Positions 50,721-60,981 of a DNA stretch of 64,000 nt are shown here, in pieces (within the stretch, counting starts at the first letter, position 1; every line of letters begins with the position of its first letter). A model generated the notes under the pieces. The model saw only the letters and a program-made list of their open reading frames with translations. It was not told where the DNA came from and ran no database searches. The stretch covers positions 1,950 through 65,949 of the forward strand of contig JBFHWK010000001.1 of the NCBI GenBank assembly GCA_041589075.1, in the 5' to 3' direction. The DNA comes from Rhodothermales bacterium (GTDB lineage Bacteria > Bacteroidota > Rhodothermia > Rhodothermales > JABDKH01). The position numbers were made by a program, and so were the translations under genes.

Positions 50721-51578
50721 CTAACCGATCTTTGCTACAACACTCCTGAGGATTTGCGTCAACCGTGGTTCCGCTTCCGCTGCCGCAGCGAGCAGATCCG
50801 GTACAGAGATTTCCTCAAGCGCATCGGGGAAGCACTCGTCGGTGATGACCGAGATCGCCATACACCTCATGCCCATGTGGCGCGCCACAATCACTTCTGG
50901 TACGGTACTCATCCCCACGGCGTCCGCTCCGATGTACCGCAAGAACCGGTACTCGGCCTTCGTTTCGAGATTCGGACCCGTTACGGCACAGTAAACTCCC
51001 TGCTGGAGCTTGATACCGGCCTTAAGCGCTTCGTGCTCCGCGAGCGCCCTCAGCTCCAGGTCGTAGGGTTCGCTCATGTCCGGGAACCGCGAACCCCACG
51101 CATCATGATTTGGTCCGACCAGTGGGTTTACCCCCTGCAGATTGATGTGGTCCGTTACCAGCATCAAGTCGGCACGCCTGTAGTGAGGATTCATTCCTCC
51201 CGCCGCATTCGAGATCAGCAGCGTTTCGACGCCGTGGGCGCCGAGCACCCGCACGGGGAACGTGATCTGTCGGGCATCATAGCCCTCGTATAGATGAAAG
51301 CGGCCCTGCATGGCAACAACCGGTACATCTTCGAGCGTACCGATCAACAGCTTGCCGTGGTGCGTCTCAACTGTCGAGATCGGAAAATGCGGGATATCGT
51401 CGTACGAGCACTCGTCGTGAACGTCGATCTCATCGGCGAGCCGACCCAGACCGGTACCCAGGATGATTCCGATGGCCGGGCGCAGTGGAGAATGAGCGCC
51501 GATCCACGCTACAGCTTCGTCGACGTGGCGGACGTAGTTCTGCATCGCCGCGCGCGGCGCGGACATACTCTGGTTCAT
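50721..51578 (-). CDS. purine nucleoside phosphorylase (trimeric inosine/guanosine type)
   Basis: 'GIILGTGLG', 'IPHFPISTVETHHGKLLIG', 'MQGRFHLYEGY' and 'GMSTVPEVIVARH'. Confidence 0.92.
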   Translation of the reverse strand: MNQSMSAPRAAMQNYVRHVDEAVAWIGAHSPLRPAIGIILGTGLGRLADEIDVHDECSYDDIPHFPISTVETHHGKLLIGTLEDVPVVAMQGRFHLYEGYDARQITFPVRVLGAHGVETLLISNAAGGMNPHYRRADLMLVTDHINLQGVNPLVGPNHDAWGSRFPDMSEPYDLELRALAEHEALKAGIKLQQGVYCAVTGPNLETKAEYRFLRYIGADAVGMSTVPEVIVARHMGMRCMAISVITDECFPDALEEISVPDLLAAAAEAEPRLTQILRSVVAKIG

Positions 51579-51606
51579 TCGAGCGCGAAAGAGCTGGACG
51601 ATCCGG

Positions 51607-52461
51607 TCAGGACAACTCGTCCAGTATCTTACGAATCTTTTCCATTTCAGGCGAATCGCGCCGCCCGGCTTCGCGCGCTCTGTCAGGCGCTGGGGGGGTG
51701 CGCCCTTCCTCTGCCGCGTCAGGAGTACTGAACGACAGGTGATCCTCGGTGTGATAACCGCCGGCCGGGAGCGTCACGTCCAAGCCGTCTCCCTCACGAG
51801 CCTCGAACTCGTTCGCGGCCTCAGGCTGGACGGCAGACTCGACCTCCTTGGCAGCCTCGATCTCGCCGACAGCCTTCTCGCCGGCAGCCGCTTCGATCGC
51901 CTCCATCTCGTCCATTCCTTCGAGCTCGACACCAACCGCCTCTTCAACCTGATCGGCGAGGTTGACGACCTCATCTAGCTCGGCCTCGGCCGCGTCTTCA
52001 TTCGGGTCCGGATACTCCTTCTCAAAATTTGCCAGTATCTCCAGCTCCGAATTGAGGAGCGCGCGCAGACGCGCAATGATCTCCGACTTTCGCTGGCGAA
52101 GGTCGTTAATCACACGCGTGAGGTCGTACTGTTCGTCGCGTGCTTTTCTCTGGATTCTCGTTGCACTGGAAACGGCCTCGTCTACCACGGCCTTCGCTTT
52201 CGCGCGGGCGGTCTCGAGAACTTGCTTCGAGTTCTCCCGTGTGGTTCGGAGAGCTTCCTGCATCGCCTCCTCGACCTGCTTGTAGTGAACGAGTTTCGCA
52301 TCGAGTTCGATAATCTTCTTCTCGAGCCGCTCATTCTCCGTGAGCAAGTCCTGCCATTGATCGGCGACCATCTGGAGGAACGCCTGGACTTCGTCTGCAT
52401 CGATGCCGCGCATCGCACGCTTGAAGTCTTGCTTCTTGATATCGAGGGGCGAAAGTCTCAT
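51607..52461 (-). CDS. DivIVA domain-containing protein
   Basis: 'MRLSPLDIKKQDFKRAMRGIDADEVQAFLQMVA' is the canonical DivIVA N-terminus, followed by a coiled coil and an acidic tail. Confidence 0.9.
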   Translation of the reverse strand: MRLSPLDIKKQDFKRAMRGIDADEVQAFLQMVADQWQDLLTENERLEKKIIELDAKLVHYKQVEEAMQEALRTTRENSKQVLETARAKAKAVVDEAVSSATRIQRKARDEQYDLTRVINDLRQRKSEIIARLRALLNSELEILANFEKEYPDPNEDAAEAELDEVVNLADQVEEAVGVELEGMDEMEAIEAAAGEKAVGEIEAAKEVESAVQPEAANEFEAREGDGLDVTLPAGGYHTEDHLSFSTPDAAEEGRTPPAPDRAREAGRRDSPEMEKIRKILDELS

Positions 52462-52507
52462 GCCAGTCCTGCGATTGCCGTCATACTACTGTGATAACTG
52501 CTCTTGT

Positions 52508-52765
52508 TCAGTTCTTGAGCCTGGATCTTGCGCCGACCGCCGGGTCCTTTTCCGGGACGTCGGCGTCACCGATGAGCTTCCCGTCGACGGTCGTGACGAT
52601 GGCCTCCAGATTCTCAATCCTCCTTTGCAGATCGGCGATCACTTCGGACTGGCGCTGGACCTCATCGAGAGCTGCCGTCGCGCTCTCGGATTCATACTGG
52701 CGCATCGTACGCACCAGCATGTAAACAAGCAGACCCGCCGCCGCCGCAAGAATCAACCAGATCAT
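52508..52765 (-). CDS. small single-TM coiled-coil protein, PspB-like
   Basis: 85 aa with an N-terminal TM 'MIWLILAAAAGLLVYMLV' and then 'ADLQRRIENLEAIV', similar in layout to phage-shock protein B. Weak assignment. Confidence 0.4.
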   Translation of the reverse strand: MIWLILAAAAGLLVYMLVRTMRQYESESATAALDEVQRQSEVIADLQRRIENLEAIVTTVDGKLIGDADVPEKDPAVGARSRLKN

Positions 52766-52842
52766 GTCTACAAGAACTACTGCTTAAATCGGCCTAATAA
52801 GGCCACACTCAAGCCTTTCATAGCATGAATTTAGCCGCCCGG

Positions 52843-53559
52843 TCAGTCGGGACGCTCGCCAAAGATAGCCGTACCCACACGGATGTGCGTGGATCCCTCC
52901 TCTATCGCGACTTCGAAATCGCCGCTCATGCCCATGGAAAGAATAGTAAATGGGTGGACGCCCACCCTGCGGATATGTTCGTAAATCTCACGCAATGTGG
53001 CAAACTCGGGCCGAATTTCCTCCGGATCGTCCACCGGCCGCGCCAGGGTCATCAGACCACGAATCCTCAGATTCTGAAATGATTTCAGCGCATCGAGCGC
53101 CGCACCGACGCTCTCCGGGGCGAGCCCGAATTTGCTTTTTTCTCCTGAAACGTTGACCTGCACGAGGCAATCCACGCGCCGACCGGCTTCCACAGCCCGC
53201 CGTTCCAACGCCTCCGCGAGCCGGAGACTGTCGACGCCGTGCACGATGTCGGCGAAAGCTACCGCATCACGCGCCTTATTTCGCTGAAGGTGCCCCACCA
53301 TGTGCCACGTTATGTGCGCCCCGGGCCTCACACGCTGCCACGCGGCAACCTTCTCAACGAGCTCCTGGATGCGGTTTTCCCCGAAATGCCGCACGCCGGC
53401 GTCATAGGCGTGTCCGATGTCGTCCGCAGCAAACCGCTTGGAGACGGCAACAAGTGTCACCTCGGAGGGCGAACGGCCCGCCTTCACACACGCGGCCGAG
53501 ACGCGGCTAAGCACACGATGAACGTTGTCACGTATCAGATTGCTTCTGCTATTAGGCAT
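52843..53559 (-). CDS. yggS: YggS-family pyridoxal-phosphate homeostasis protein
   Basis: 'LVAVSKRF', 'HFGENRIQE', 'WHMVGHLQRNK' and 'LSMGMSGDFEVAIEEGSTHIRVGTAIFG'. Confidence 0.93.
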   Translation of the reverse strand: MPNSRSNLIRDNVHRVLSRVSAACVKAGRSPSEVTLVAVSKRFAADDIGHAYDAGVRHFGENRIQELVEKVAAWQRVRPGAHITWHMVGHLQRNKARDAVAFADIVHGVDSLRLAEALERRAVEAGRRVDCLVQVNVSGEKSKFGLAPESVGAALDALKSFQNLRIRGLMTLARPVDDPEEIRPEFATLREIYEHIRRVGVHPFTILSMGMSGDFEVAIEEGSTHIRVGTAIFGERPD

Positions 53560-53571
53560 CAGCGAACACTC

Positions 53572-53784
53572 TCAGTCGACACGCACAGCTTCGAGGATGA
53601 CGTGCCCGTCGTTGTCCCGCCCGATCTTGAACTCGATCGGCCGACAACACACTTCACAATCCTCGATGTATGACTGCTCGACTATCGTCTCATCGATCAA
53701 GACGGACACGCGTTCCCAGCAATAGGGACACTGAAAGAACCGTTCACTCAACTCAACCGCCGGCATAGCCGACCTCCTTTTCAC
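53572..53784 (-). CDS. CPXCG motif-containing cysteine-rich protein
   Basis: 'FQCPYCWERVSVLID......YIEDCEVCCRPIEF'. 70 aa. Confidence 0.8.
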   Translation of the reverse strand: MKRRSAMPAVELSERFFQCPYCWERVSVLIDETIVEQSYIEDCEVCCRPIEFKIGRDNDGHVILEAVRVD

Positions 53785-53786
53785 AT

Positions 53787-56312
53787 TCAGATTTCGACGC
53801 GAAGCACGTCTAGTGCAGGCCGAGCATACACTCCGCGTGTCGTTACGAGACCGACACCAACTGTAAGCAGGACTACTGCCAGTGCGACTACACCGAGCGA
53901 CGGCAAGGGAAGCACGAAGGGCGCTTCGAAGACAAAACGTGCGAGTGCAAACGTGGCCACGGAGGAAAGAATGACGCCAGAGACAGCCGCGAGGGCGCCT
54001 AACAAAACGTACTCCGCCGTCATGATGTTGAACACCTGTCTCTTGGAGGCGCCTAGCGTCTTGAGCAGAACGCTTTCCTCAACACGACGGACCCTGCTGA
54101 CGACGACCGCCGCACCCAATACAATGAAGCCCGTCAGAATGCTGAACGCGGCCATAAACCGAACGGCAAAAGCGATCCGATCAAATACCTCCTCCACGAC
54201 GTCCAGTATCAGGCTCAGGTCAATGGACGACACGCCGGGGTATTCCCGGACGACTGCAGCTTGCGCACCACCCGATGCGGCCTCTGTTTCGGCACGCGTC
54301 ACGATCACGTTGAAGTGCGGCGCTTCCTCGAGCACACCCGCAGGAAAGACAACGAAGAAATTCGTACGCACCTGCCGCCATTCCACCGACCGGATGCTTC
54401 CTACGGTCGTTTGAATCGGAACACCCTGCACATCGAATGTGAGCGAGTCCCCGATACCGACGCTCAAATCCTCGGCAATGTCCGCTTCAATCGAGACGGG
54501 AACTACGTCGCCCGGATTGTAGCCGCCGGTGGCAAACTCACCCTCGAGCACCTGCTCGGTATCGGTCAGGTACGAACGGAACGTCGACCTGTATTCGCGG
54601 CGGTGCGCCCACGTGACATGGGCCGTCGAATCCCGGCGCATCGCTTCGACGGTCCTGCCCTTGACCGAGTGCAGGCGCATCGTGACGATCGGGACCGTCT
54701 CCACGACAGGCATCCCGCGCGATCTGATAATGTCCTCTACTGCCTCGGTTTGATCGGGCTGTATGTCGAAGAAGACGAGGTTCGGACGACCACGTTCATC
54801 GGCCGCGTCTATCTGATTCAGAAGAACATGCTGCAGGGACAGAAACGTGGCAACGAGGAAGGTGCCGAGGCCAATTGCCAACAGCAGCATCACTGTCTGG
54901 TTGTTCGGCCGATACAGGTTGGCTATTCCCTGACGCGCGACGTAAGGCATCCAGTGTGTGGACATCCTTCGGAGCAGCTTTGTCGTGCCCAGAGCGATGG
55001 ACGCCAGAATTCCGCACACGACACCGACTGCCGCTACATACGCCATCGAGACCAGTGGATGCGGTCCCTGAAGGATCGCAATGGCCGTGACCGACAGCAC
55101 GAGCAAGGCGACCAGTGCGATCTTGAGCCAATCGATGCCACGACCACGGTCCACACCAGCGGCCGATCGCAGAGCCATCATCGGTGAGGCTCGTCTTACG
55201 GCTAACAATGGAAGCAACGCAAACAGGACGGTGACCGACGTACCTACGGCTATTCCGAACGCCACGGCGGAGACAGATACGGCAAACCGCACGTCGATCG
55301 GCAGAAAATCGGCCAACACCACGGGAAGCAGTTGCTGGACCCCCAGGCCGAGGATGGCACCGGCAATCGAGCCGACCAGCCCGAGAACGATCGCCTGAAC
55401 GACATAGACGGCGAACGTCGTTCCGATCCGGGCCCCGAGACACCGAAGGACGGCTACAGTGGTCAGACGCTGGCTGACGTAGACATGGATGGCGCTCGCG
55501 ACACCGACACTTCCGAGCAGGAGCGCCATAAGCGCGGCCAGCCCGAGAAATTTATAGAGGTTAGTGAGTGCGTTATTCCAATTTCGCTTTATCTCGTCGA
55601 CCGAGTCACTCCCGACACTCTCCTCCCGAAGTCGCGGTTTGATCTTTGCGAGAGTTGCCTCGACATCTACCGTATCATCGAAATGAAAGAATATCTCGTG
55701 CGTGACCCGGCTGCCACGGCCTATCAGTGTCGTGTCGATTCCGCTGAGGGGGACATAGACGCGAGGACTGACGAGTGCAAACGCGGCGGACTCTCGTGCC
55801 GTTTTCTTCAGGATCCCCTCGACGGCGTACGCTACGTTTCCTACCGCAAGCGTGTCGCCCACCTTAACGCCGAACTGTGATGCGAGCGAACCGTCCACGA
55901 GCGCGGCTTCTCGCCGCCGATAGGTATGAGCGGCTTCGGGTGGTTCGGTGACGATGTCACCATAGAACGGAAAGTCTCCCTCAATGGCGCGCACCGACGC
56001 AAGTCGCGTGTTGTTGCCGGCCGGGAAATAGACCATCGAAGAGAAGGAAACTCTCCTCGCCTGCTCTCCTCCCAACGAATCGGCCAGGGCTTCAACAGTC
56101 TTGCTGAATGGGCGGCGGCTTTCGAAGCTCATGTCGGCGCCCATCAGCGCTCTCGCCTGATCGTCGACCGCGCGTCGCATGCTGTCACCGAAAGAGTGAA
56201 TCGCTACCAGCGCCGCGACGCCGAGTGTGATCGAACTCACAAAAAGGAGGAGTCGCGCGCGGGAGCCGCGCGACTCTCTCCAAGCCATCGTAAGATGCCA
56301 GCGGAGATTCAT
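53787..56312 (-). CDS. ABC transporter permease, double FtsX-domain (YbbP-like)
   Basis: 841 aa with two MacB-like periplasmic regions, each followed by an FtsX 4-TM bundle. Directly downstream of the ATPase gene. Confidence 0.85.
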   Translation of the reverse strand: MNLRWHLTMAWRESRGSRARLLLFVSSITLGVAALVAIHSFGDSMRRAVDDQARALMGADMSFESRRPFSKTVEALADSLGGEQARRVSFSSMVYFPAGNNTRLASVRAIEGDFPFYGDIVTEPPEAAHTYRRREAALVDGSLASQFGVKVGDTLAVGNVAYAVEGILKKTARESAAFALVSPRVYVPLSGIDTTLIGRGSRVTHEIFFHFDDTVDVEATLAKIKPRLREESVGSDSVDEIKRNWNNALTNLYKFLGLAALMALLLGSVGVASAIHVYVSQRLTTVAVLRCLGARIGTTFAVYVVQAIVLGLVGSIAGAILGLGVQQLLPVVLADFLPIDVRFAVSVSAVAFGIAVGTSVTVLFALLPLLAVRRASPMMALRSAAGVDRGRGIDWLKIALVALLVLSVTAIAILQGPHPLVSMAYVAAVGVVCGILASIALGTTKLLRRMSTHWMPYVARQGIANLYRPNNQTVMLLLAIGLGTFLVATFLSLQHVLLNQIDAADERGRPNLVFFDIQPDQTEAVEDIIRSRGMPVVETVPIVTMRLHSVKGRTVEAMRRDSTAHVTWAHRREYRSTFRSYLTDTEQVLEGEFATGGYNPGDVVPVSIEADIAEDLSVGIGDSLTFDVQGVPIQTTVGSIRSVEWRQVRTNFFVVFPAGVLEEAPHFNVIVTRAETEAASGGAQAAVVREYPGVSSIDLSLILDVVEEVFDRIAFAVRFMAAFSILTGFIVLGAAVVVSRVRRVEESVLLKTLGASKRQVFNIMTAEYVLLGALAAVSGVILSSVATFALARFVFEAPFVLPLPSLGVVALAVVLLTVGVGLVTTRGVYARPALDVLRVEI

Positions 56313-56318
56313 CCCGCG

Positions 56319-57098
56319 TCACCTCCTCGAGTCGGCCGGACCCGCAACATGCCGCGCCGCTACGGCATCGCGAAAGGAGGCGGCACGCCCTGTGTCGGAC
56401 TCGATGCGGCCGCCGCGCAGCTTGATCAGACGACTCGATCGTTCGGCCACTTCTTGATCGTGCGTGACCAGGATGAGCGTGGTGCGCGCCGTGGCGTTGA
56501 GCTCGAACAAGAGATCCACGATCGCCCGACCCGTGTCCGTGTCGAGTTCGCCCGTGGGCTCGTCGGCAAACAGGACCGTCGGTTCATTGACGAAAGCGCG
56601 CGCGATGGCTGTCCGCTGCTGCTCGCCGCCGGAGAGTTGCGCCGGATAATGGTGCGTTCGATCACCCAGACCCACCCTCGTAAGCAACTCGATAGCGCGC
56701 TGGCGTGCTTTGGTATCACCGCGTAACTCTGCCGGCACCATCACGTTTTCCACGGCCGTGAGTGTTGGAATCAATCGAAACGACTGAAAGATGAAGCCGA
56801 CGTGTTCGTTGCGCAGAGCTGCGCGCGCATCCTCATCAAGCGCCGCCATATCCTCACCACAAAGGCGCACGCTTCCGGCGCTGCTTCGGTCGAGCCCGGC
56901 GCAGAGACCCAGCAGGGTCGTCTTACCACTGCCCGACGGCCCCACAATCGCGCAACTCTCTCCTCTTACAAGCGAGAATGTCACATCATCCAGGACGGTT
57001 AGCGTACGCGAGCCCGACCTGTAGCTCTTTGTAAGACCTGAGACTTCGAGAACCGTCTCCAACACTTCGTCGTTAGCAGCCGTCAACAATGAGCGCAC
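56319..57098 (-). CDS. ABC transporter ATP-binding protein (YbbA/LolD-like)
   Basis: Walker A 'GPSGSGKTT', signature 'LSGGEQQR', Walker B 'LFADEPTGELD'. Confidence 0.92.
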   Translation of the reverse strand: MRSLLTAANDEVLETVLEVSGLTKSYRSGSRTLTVLDDVTFSLVRGESCAIVGPSGSGKTTLLGLCAGLDRSSAGSVRLCGEDMAALDEDARAALRNEHVGFIFQSFRLIPTLTAVENVMVPAELRGDTKARQRAIELLTRVGLGDRTHHYPAQLSGGEQQRTAIARAFVNEPTVLFADEPTGELDTDTGRAIVDLLFELNATARTTLILVTHDQEVAERSSRLIKLRGGRIESDTGRAASFRDAVAARHVAGPADSRR

Positions 57099-57838
57099 TC
57101 CTGATTAGTCCACGTAACATGTCATTGATCATTCGAGGCATGCCGCTATACCGCCTAGCACTCCTATCTGTTCTTGTTGCTTTGGGATGTTCGAGTGAAG
57201 AGGCGAAGAAGTCCGATTCCGATACGGCTCCACAATCTGCGGCGGAAAGCTCTCCGGCACGGCCGAGAATTGTGATCATCGGGAACAGTATTACGGCCGG
57301 TTACGGACTGGCCCCCGAGCATGCGTTTCCTGCGCTTCTACAAAAGCGCATCGATTCCCTTGGGCTTGGTTATGACGTGGTCAACGCAGGACTCAGTGGT
57401 GAAACGACCTCGGGCGGAGTGCGGCGTGTCGGCTGGCTACTGCGCCAACCTGCGGACGTACTCGTGATCGAACTGGGTGGCAACGACGGCTTGCGGGGAA
57501 TCGACCCCGCCCTGACCAAGGAGAACCTGCATACGATCATCTCCACCGCACGCGAGCGCAATCCGGACATCCGTGTCATTCTGGGCGGCATGCGGATGCC
57601 CATGAACATGGGCGAGAAATACCGTGATGAATTCGAGCGGGTTTTTGCCGAGGTCGCCGACGCGGACCGCGTAGTCCTTATTCCACACATACTGGAAGGT
57701 GTGGGCGGCGTGACTGCGCTCAACCAACCGGACGGCATCCATCCGACGGCGGAAGGCCAGCTAGTCATTGCGAACAACGTGTGGGACTACCTCGAGCCGA
57801 TTCTACGTTCGCTTAAGTCGGCAGAACAGCCCGCGTGA
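57089..57838 (+). CDS. SGNH/GDSL arylesterase (TesA-like)
   Basis: 'IVIIGNSITAGYG' (block I Ser), 'NAGLSGETT', 'LGGNDGLRG' and 'DGIHP'. Divergent from the ybbA/ybbP-like genes, as in E. coli tesA-ybbA-ybbP. Confidence 0.88.
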   Translation: MSALLISPRNMSLIIRGMPLYRLALLSVLVALGCSSEEAKKSDSDTAPQSAAESSPARPRIVIIGNSITAGYGLAPEHAFPALLQKRIDSLGLGYDVVNAGLSGETTSGGVRRVGWLLRQPADVLVIELGGNDGLRGIDPALTKENLHTIISTARERNPDIRVILGGMRMPMNMGEKYRDEFERVFAEVADADRVVLIPHILEGVGGVTALNQPDGIHPTAEGQLVIANNVWDYLEPILRSLKSAEQPA

Positions 57839-57850
57839 AGAGGACTACCT

Positions 57851-57871
57851 CCCGCGACCAGCAGTCGCGGG
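57851..57871. terminator. GC-rich hairpin between convergent tesA-like and pntB genes
   Basis: Perfect 8-bp stem CCCGCGAC / GTCGCGGG with a 5-nt loop and no T-tract. Possible bidirectional terminator. Confidence 0.3.
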
Positions 57872-57953
57872 CCAACGACTGAGGTTCCGACCCTGCGTGA
57901 CCTGGCGGCGCACCACGGGGCAGCGCCTCGATCCCATGCGGCGGTCTCCTCTC

Positions 57954-59396
57954 CTACAGTTGCTTAACCTCGGACACGAGTTTTGTCAGCGAGTCCTTCG
58001 CGTCGCCGAAAAGCATCCGCGTGTTGTCACCATAGAAAAGCTCATTGTCGATGCCTGCGTACCCTGGATTGAGGCTGCGCTTCATCACGATCACGGTTCC
58101 GGAGTGGTCGACGTTGAGAATCGGCATGCCGTAGATCGGGCTTGCGGTGTCGTGCCGCGCGGCCGGATTCACAACGTCGTTGGCACCGATAACGACGGCT
58201 ACATCGGTCGAGTCGAACTCACCGTTGACGTCATCCATCTCGAAGAGCAGATCGTACGGCACGTTGGCCTCCGCAAGCAGGACGTTCATGTGACCCGGCA
58301 TGCGACCGGCCACAGGGTGAATCGCATACTTGACGTCGACGCCGTTTTTCTGCAGCAGCTCTGCGAGTTCCCGGACCTGGTGTTGAGCCTGCGCGACCGC
58401 CATTCCATAACCCGGGACGAAGATCACCTTCTGCGCATACGACAGGAGAATAGCAGAATCCTCCGGCGTTGTCGTGTGAACGTTCTTACCGACGAGTGCA
58501 ACTGGTCCGGCACCCGGCGTGGGTGCTTCACCGCCGAAGCCCCCGAGCAGAACGTTTGCGAGCGATCGGTTCATCGCCTCGCACATAATCATCGTCAATA
58601 TCAATCCCGCCGCACCGACGAGGGCCCCACTTACGATCAATGCAACGTTGCTCAATACGAACCCTGTCGCTGCAGCAGCCAGCCCGGAGTAGGAGTTCAG
58701 CAACGAGACGACAACCGGCATGTCGGCTCCTCCGATAGGAATCACCAGTACGATTCCGATGATGAACGACATGGCCCCAATCGCGATCAGTGACCATATT
58801 ACCGGATCGCTGACCGACGGGAATTCCGGCGCATTAATGGCCATATAGACCGACGCCGCCACGATCCCCAGCGCAAGCAGCACCGAAAGCAGTCGAATCC
58901 CCGGAAAGAGAATGGGGTTCCCAGTGATCTTTCCGGACAGTTTACCGAACGCGACAAAGCTGCCCGAGAAGGTTACGGTTCCGATCAGCACACTGAGCGC
59001 GACCGTAATGGCTGTTCCAACACCGATGATGGCAGCCGATGGCTCTGCAGACGCCGACGGTTCGGCGAGGAAACGAACGACTTCGGCGCTCGCCACCAGT
59101 GCCGAGGCCAAACCCCCAAACCCGTTGAACGCGGCAACCAGTTCGGGCATACCGGTCATGGCAATTTTTCTCGCCAGAACAGCTCCGATCAGGCCGCCCA
59201 GCAGCAGGCCGCCAATCATCTCAACGGGTGTCAGGATCCGCGCGATGAATAACGTCGCGACGATGGCGATGAGCATTCCGATCGACGCAAGCTGGTTGCC
59301 ACCCCTTGCAGTCGCCGGTGACGTGAGCCGCTTCAGTCCCAGGATAAACAGGACCGCCGCAAGCAGATAAAAGAGGTCGATAATCTGTGTCTGCAT
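57954..59396 (-). CDS. pntB: NAD(P) transhydrogenase subunit beta
   Basis: Multi-TM N-terminal half and NADP(H)-binding dIII ('VPGYGMAVAQAQH', 'IHPVAGRMPGHMNVLLAEA', 'GANDVVNP'). Confidence 0.95.
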   Translation of the reverse strand: MQTQIIDLFYLLAAVLFILGLKRLTSPATARGGNQLASIGMLIAIVATLFIARILTPVEMIGGLLLGGLIGAVLARKIAMTGMPELVAAFNGFGGLASALVASAEVVRFLAEPSASAEPSAAIIGVGTAITVALSVLIGTVTFSGSFVAFGKLSGKITGNPILFPGIRLLSVLLALGIVAASVYMAINAPEFPSVSDPVIWSLIAIGAMSFIIGIVLVIPIGGADMPVVVSLLNSYSGLAAAATGFVLSNVALIVSGALVGAAGLILTMIMCEAMNRSLANVLLGGFGGEAPTPGAGPVALVGKNVHTTTPEDSAILLSYAQKVIFVPGYGMAVAQAQHQVRELAELLQKNGVDVKYAIHPVAGRMPGHMNVLLAEANVPYDLLFEMDDVNGEFDSTDVAVVIGANDVVNPAARHDTASPIYGMPILNVDHSGTVIVMKRSLNPGYAGIDNELFYGDNTRMLFGDAKDSLTKLVSEVKQL

Positions 59397-59417
59397 AGCT
59401 TCGTCTCTCCCTACCGA

Positions 59418-59726
59418 CTAGGCGGCGGGACCCTTCGCCTCCTCGAGTTTGGCTTGCGGCTTCTTCTTGAACATCTGGAGCATACGGTCGGTGACCATGA
59501 AGCCGCCGACGACGTTTATCGTCGCCACGATCAGTGCCGCGAATCCGATCCACTTGGCCCACTCCTCACCGACCATTCCGGCTACTACCAGTGCGCCAAC
59601 TACGGTGATGCCACTTATCGCGTTTGCACCCGACATGAGCGGTGTGTGTAGTGTTTGCGGCACTTTGCTGATCACCTCAAAACCGATGAAGCTGGCAAGC
59701 ACAAACACGATCAGGTTCTCCAGCAT
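59418..59726 (-). CDS. pntAB: NAD(P) transhydrogenase subunit alpha, part 2 (membrane)
   Basis: 102 aa, 3 TM, 'TPLMSGANAISGI'. Confidence 0.9.
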   Translation of the reverse strand: MLENLIVFVLASFIGFEVISKVPQTLHTPLMSGANAISGITVVGALVVAGMVGEEWAKWIGFAALIVATINVVGGFMVTDRMLQMFKKKPQAKLEEAKGPAA

Positions 59727-59775
59727 TTCCTTTTCCTCAGTGTGACTCTTGTTGGTCTTCTGCGCATTCTGCGGG

Positions 59776-60909
59776 TCAGGTGGTGACCAGCGACTTCACG
59801 CGCTCGTTTACGATCTCACCGCCGTGGCACACGCAGGAGCCGGCAATGATCTCGTCCTCGAAATCGAGCTGTACCTCTCCCTCTTTTACAAACTCGGACA
59901 CCAGCGCGAGCAGTGTCCTTCCGTACATCTCGCTGGCGTGCACGGACATTTCGGAGGGCAGGTTTGTCGGGCCGAAAATTGTGACGCCGTTGAGCTTCAC
60001 GGTTTGCCCCGATTTGGTGCCGGCGCAGTTGCCGCCGTTAGGTGCTGCGAGGTCGACAATGACCGAGCCCGGCCGCATGGCCGCGACGGCGTCTTCCGTG
60101 ACGAGAAGCGGCGCAGGTCTGCCAGGGATCAGCGCTGTTGTGATAACGACGTCTGCCGCGGCAATGTGCGGAATCAACAACTCCGCCTGACGTTGTGCCT
60201 TTTCGGCGGCGAGTGCCGTGGCATAACCACCCGCATCCGCTGAAGCCTGTGTCTCGAAATCCAATTCGACGAAGCGTCCGCCCAGACTTTGCACCTGCTC
60301 CTTGACCTCGTCGCGGATGTCATAGCCAGAGACGCGGGCGCCGAGTCGCCGCGCCGTGGCGATCGCCTGCAACCCTGCGACCCCGGCGCCAAGGACCAGC
60401 ACACTTGCGGGCTTGACGGTGCCGGCTGCGGTCGTCAGCAGCGGGAAAAACTTCGGAAGGGCCTCGGCCGCGATGAGCACGGCCCGATAACCGCCAATCG
60501 AACCCATCGCGGACAGTGCATCCATGGTCTGAGCTCGCGAGATGCGTGGCACAAGCTCCATAGCCATCCCCGTCACCCCCCTCGCTGCTAAAGACGTCGC
60601 CACCCCCGGCGTGTCCAACGGCGATAGGAACCCGACCAGCACGGCGCCGCGCTTCATGAGTGCGATCTCATCATCCGTCGGCGGCGCAACTTTGAGTACG
60701 ACGTCCGCACCTAGAGCCGACGCTCGATCCCCCACAGTGGCGCCCTGACTGGAATAGTCCTCATCGGTCGCAAAAACGCCGGCGCCGGCGCCCGCCTCGA
60801 CAGTCACCTCGGCACCAATCCGTTCAAACCGAGACAAGAGCTCGGGCACAGTCGCTACGCGCCGCTCACCGGCAACTGACTCTCGAGGCACTCCAACACG
60901 AACTGGCAT
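59776..60909 (-). CDS. pntAA: NAD(P) transhydrogenase subunit alpha, part 1 (dI)
   Basis: 'VGVPRESVAGERRVA' and 'VLVLGAGVAGLQAIATARRLGA', an AlaDH/PNT fold. Confidence 0.93.
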   Translation of the reverse strand: MPVRVGVPRESVAGERRVATVPELLSRFERIGAEVTVEAGAGAGVFATDEDYSSQGATVGDRASALGADVVLKVAPPTDDEIALMKRGAVLVGFLSPLDTPGVATSLAARGVTGMAMELVPRISRAQTMDALSAMGSIGGYRAVLIAAEALPKFFPLLTTAAGTVKPASVLVLGAGVAGLQAIATARRLGARVSGYDIRDEVKEQVQSLGGRFVELDFETQASADAGGYATALAAEKAQRQAELLIPHIAAADVVITTALIPGRPAPLLVTEDAVAAMRPGSVIVDLAAPNGGNCAGTKSGQTVKLNGVTIFGPTNLPSEMSVHASEMYGRTLLALVSEFVKEGEVQLDFEDEIIAGSCVCHGGEIVNERVKSLVTT

Positions 60910-60981
60910 ATCTGTTCTGTCCTGTTTATCCGTTTACGGCAAGCAGCCGGGGTCTCCGCGATGCTGCCGACATTTCTTCGT

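Noticed and set aside
54261-55187. 308-aa ORF antisense to the FtsX-type permease, plus the 215-aa same-strand alternate-frame ORF at 54796-55443
   Set aside because: A shadow ORF and an alternate-frame ORF inside a long membrane-protein gene. Both are Arg/His-rich and nonsense-like in composition.
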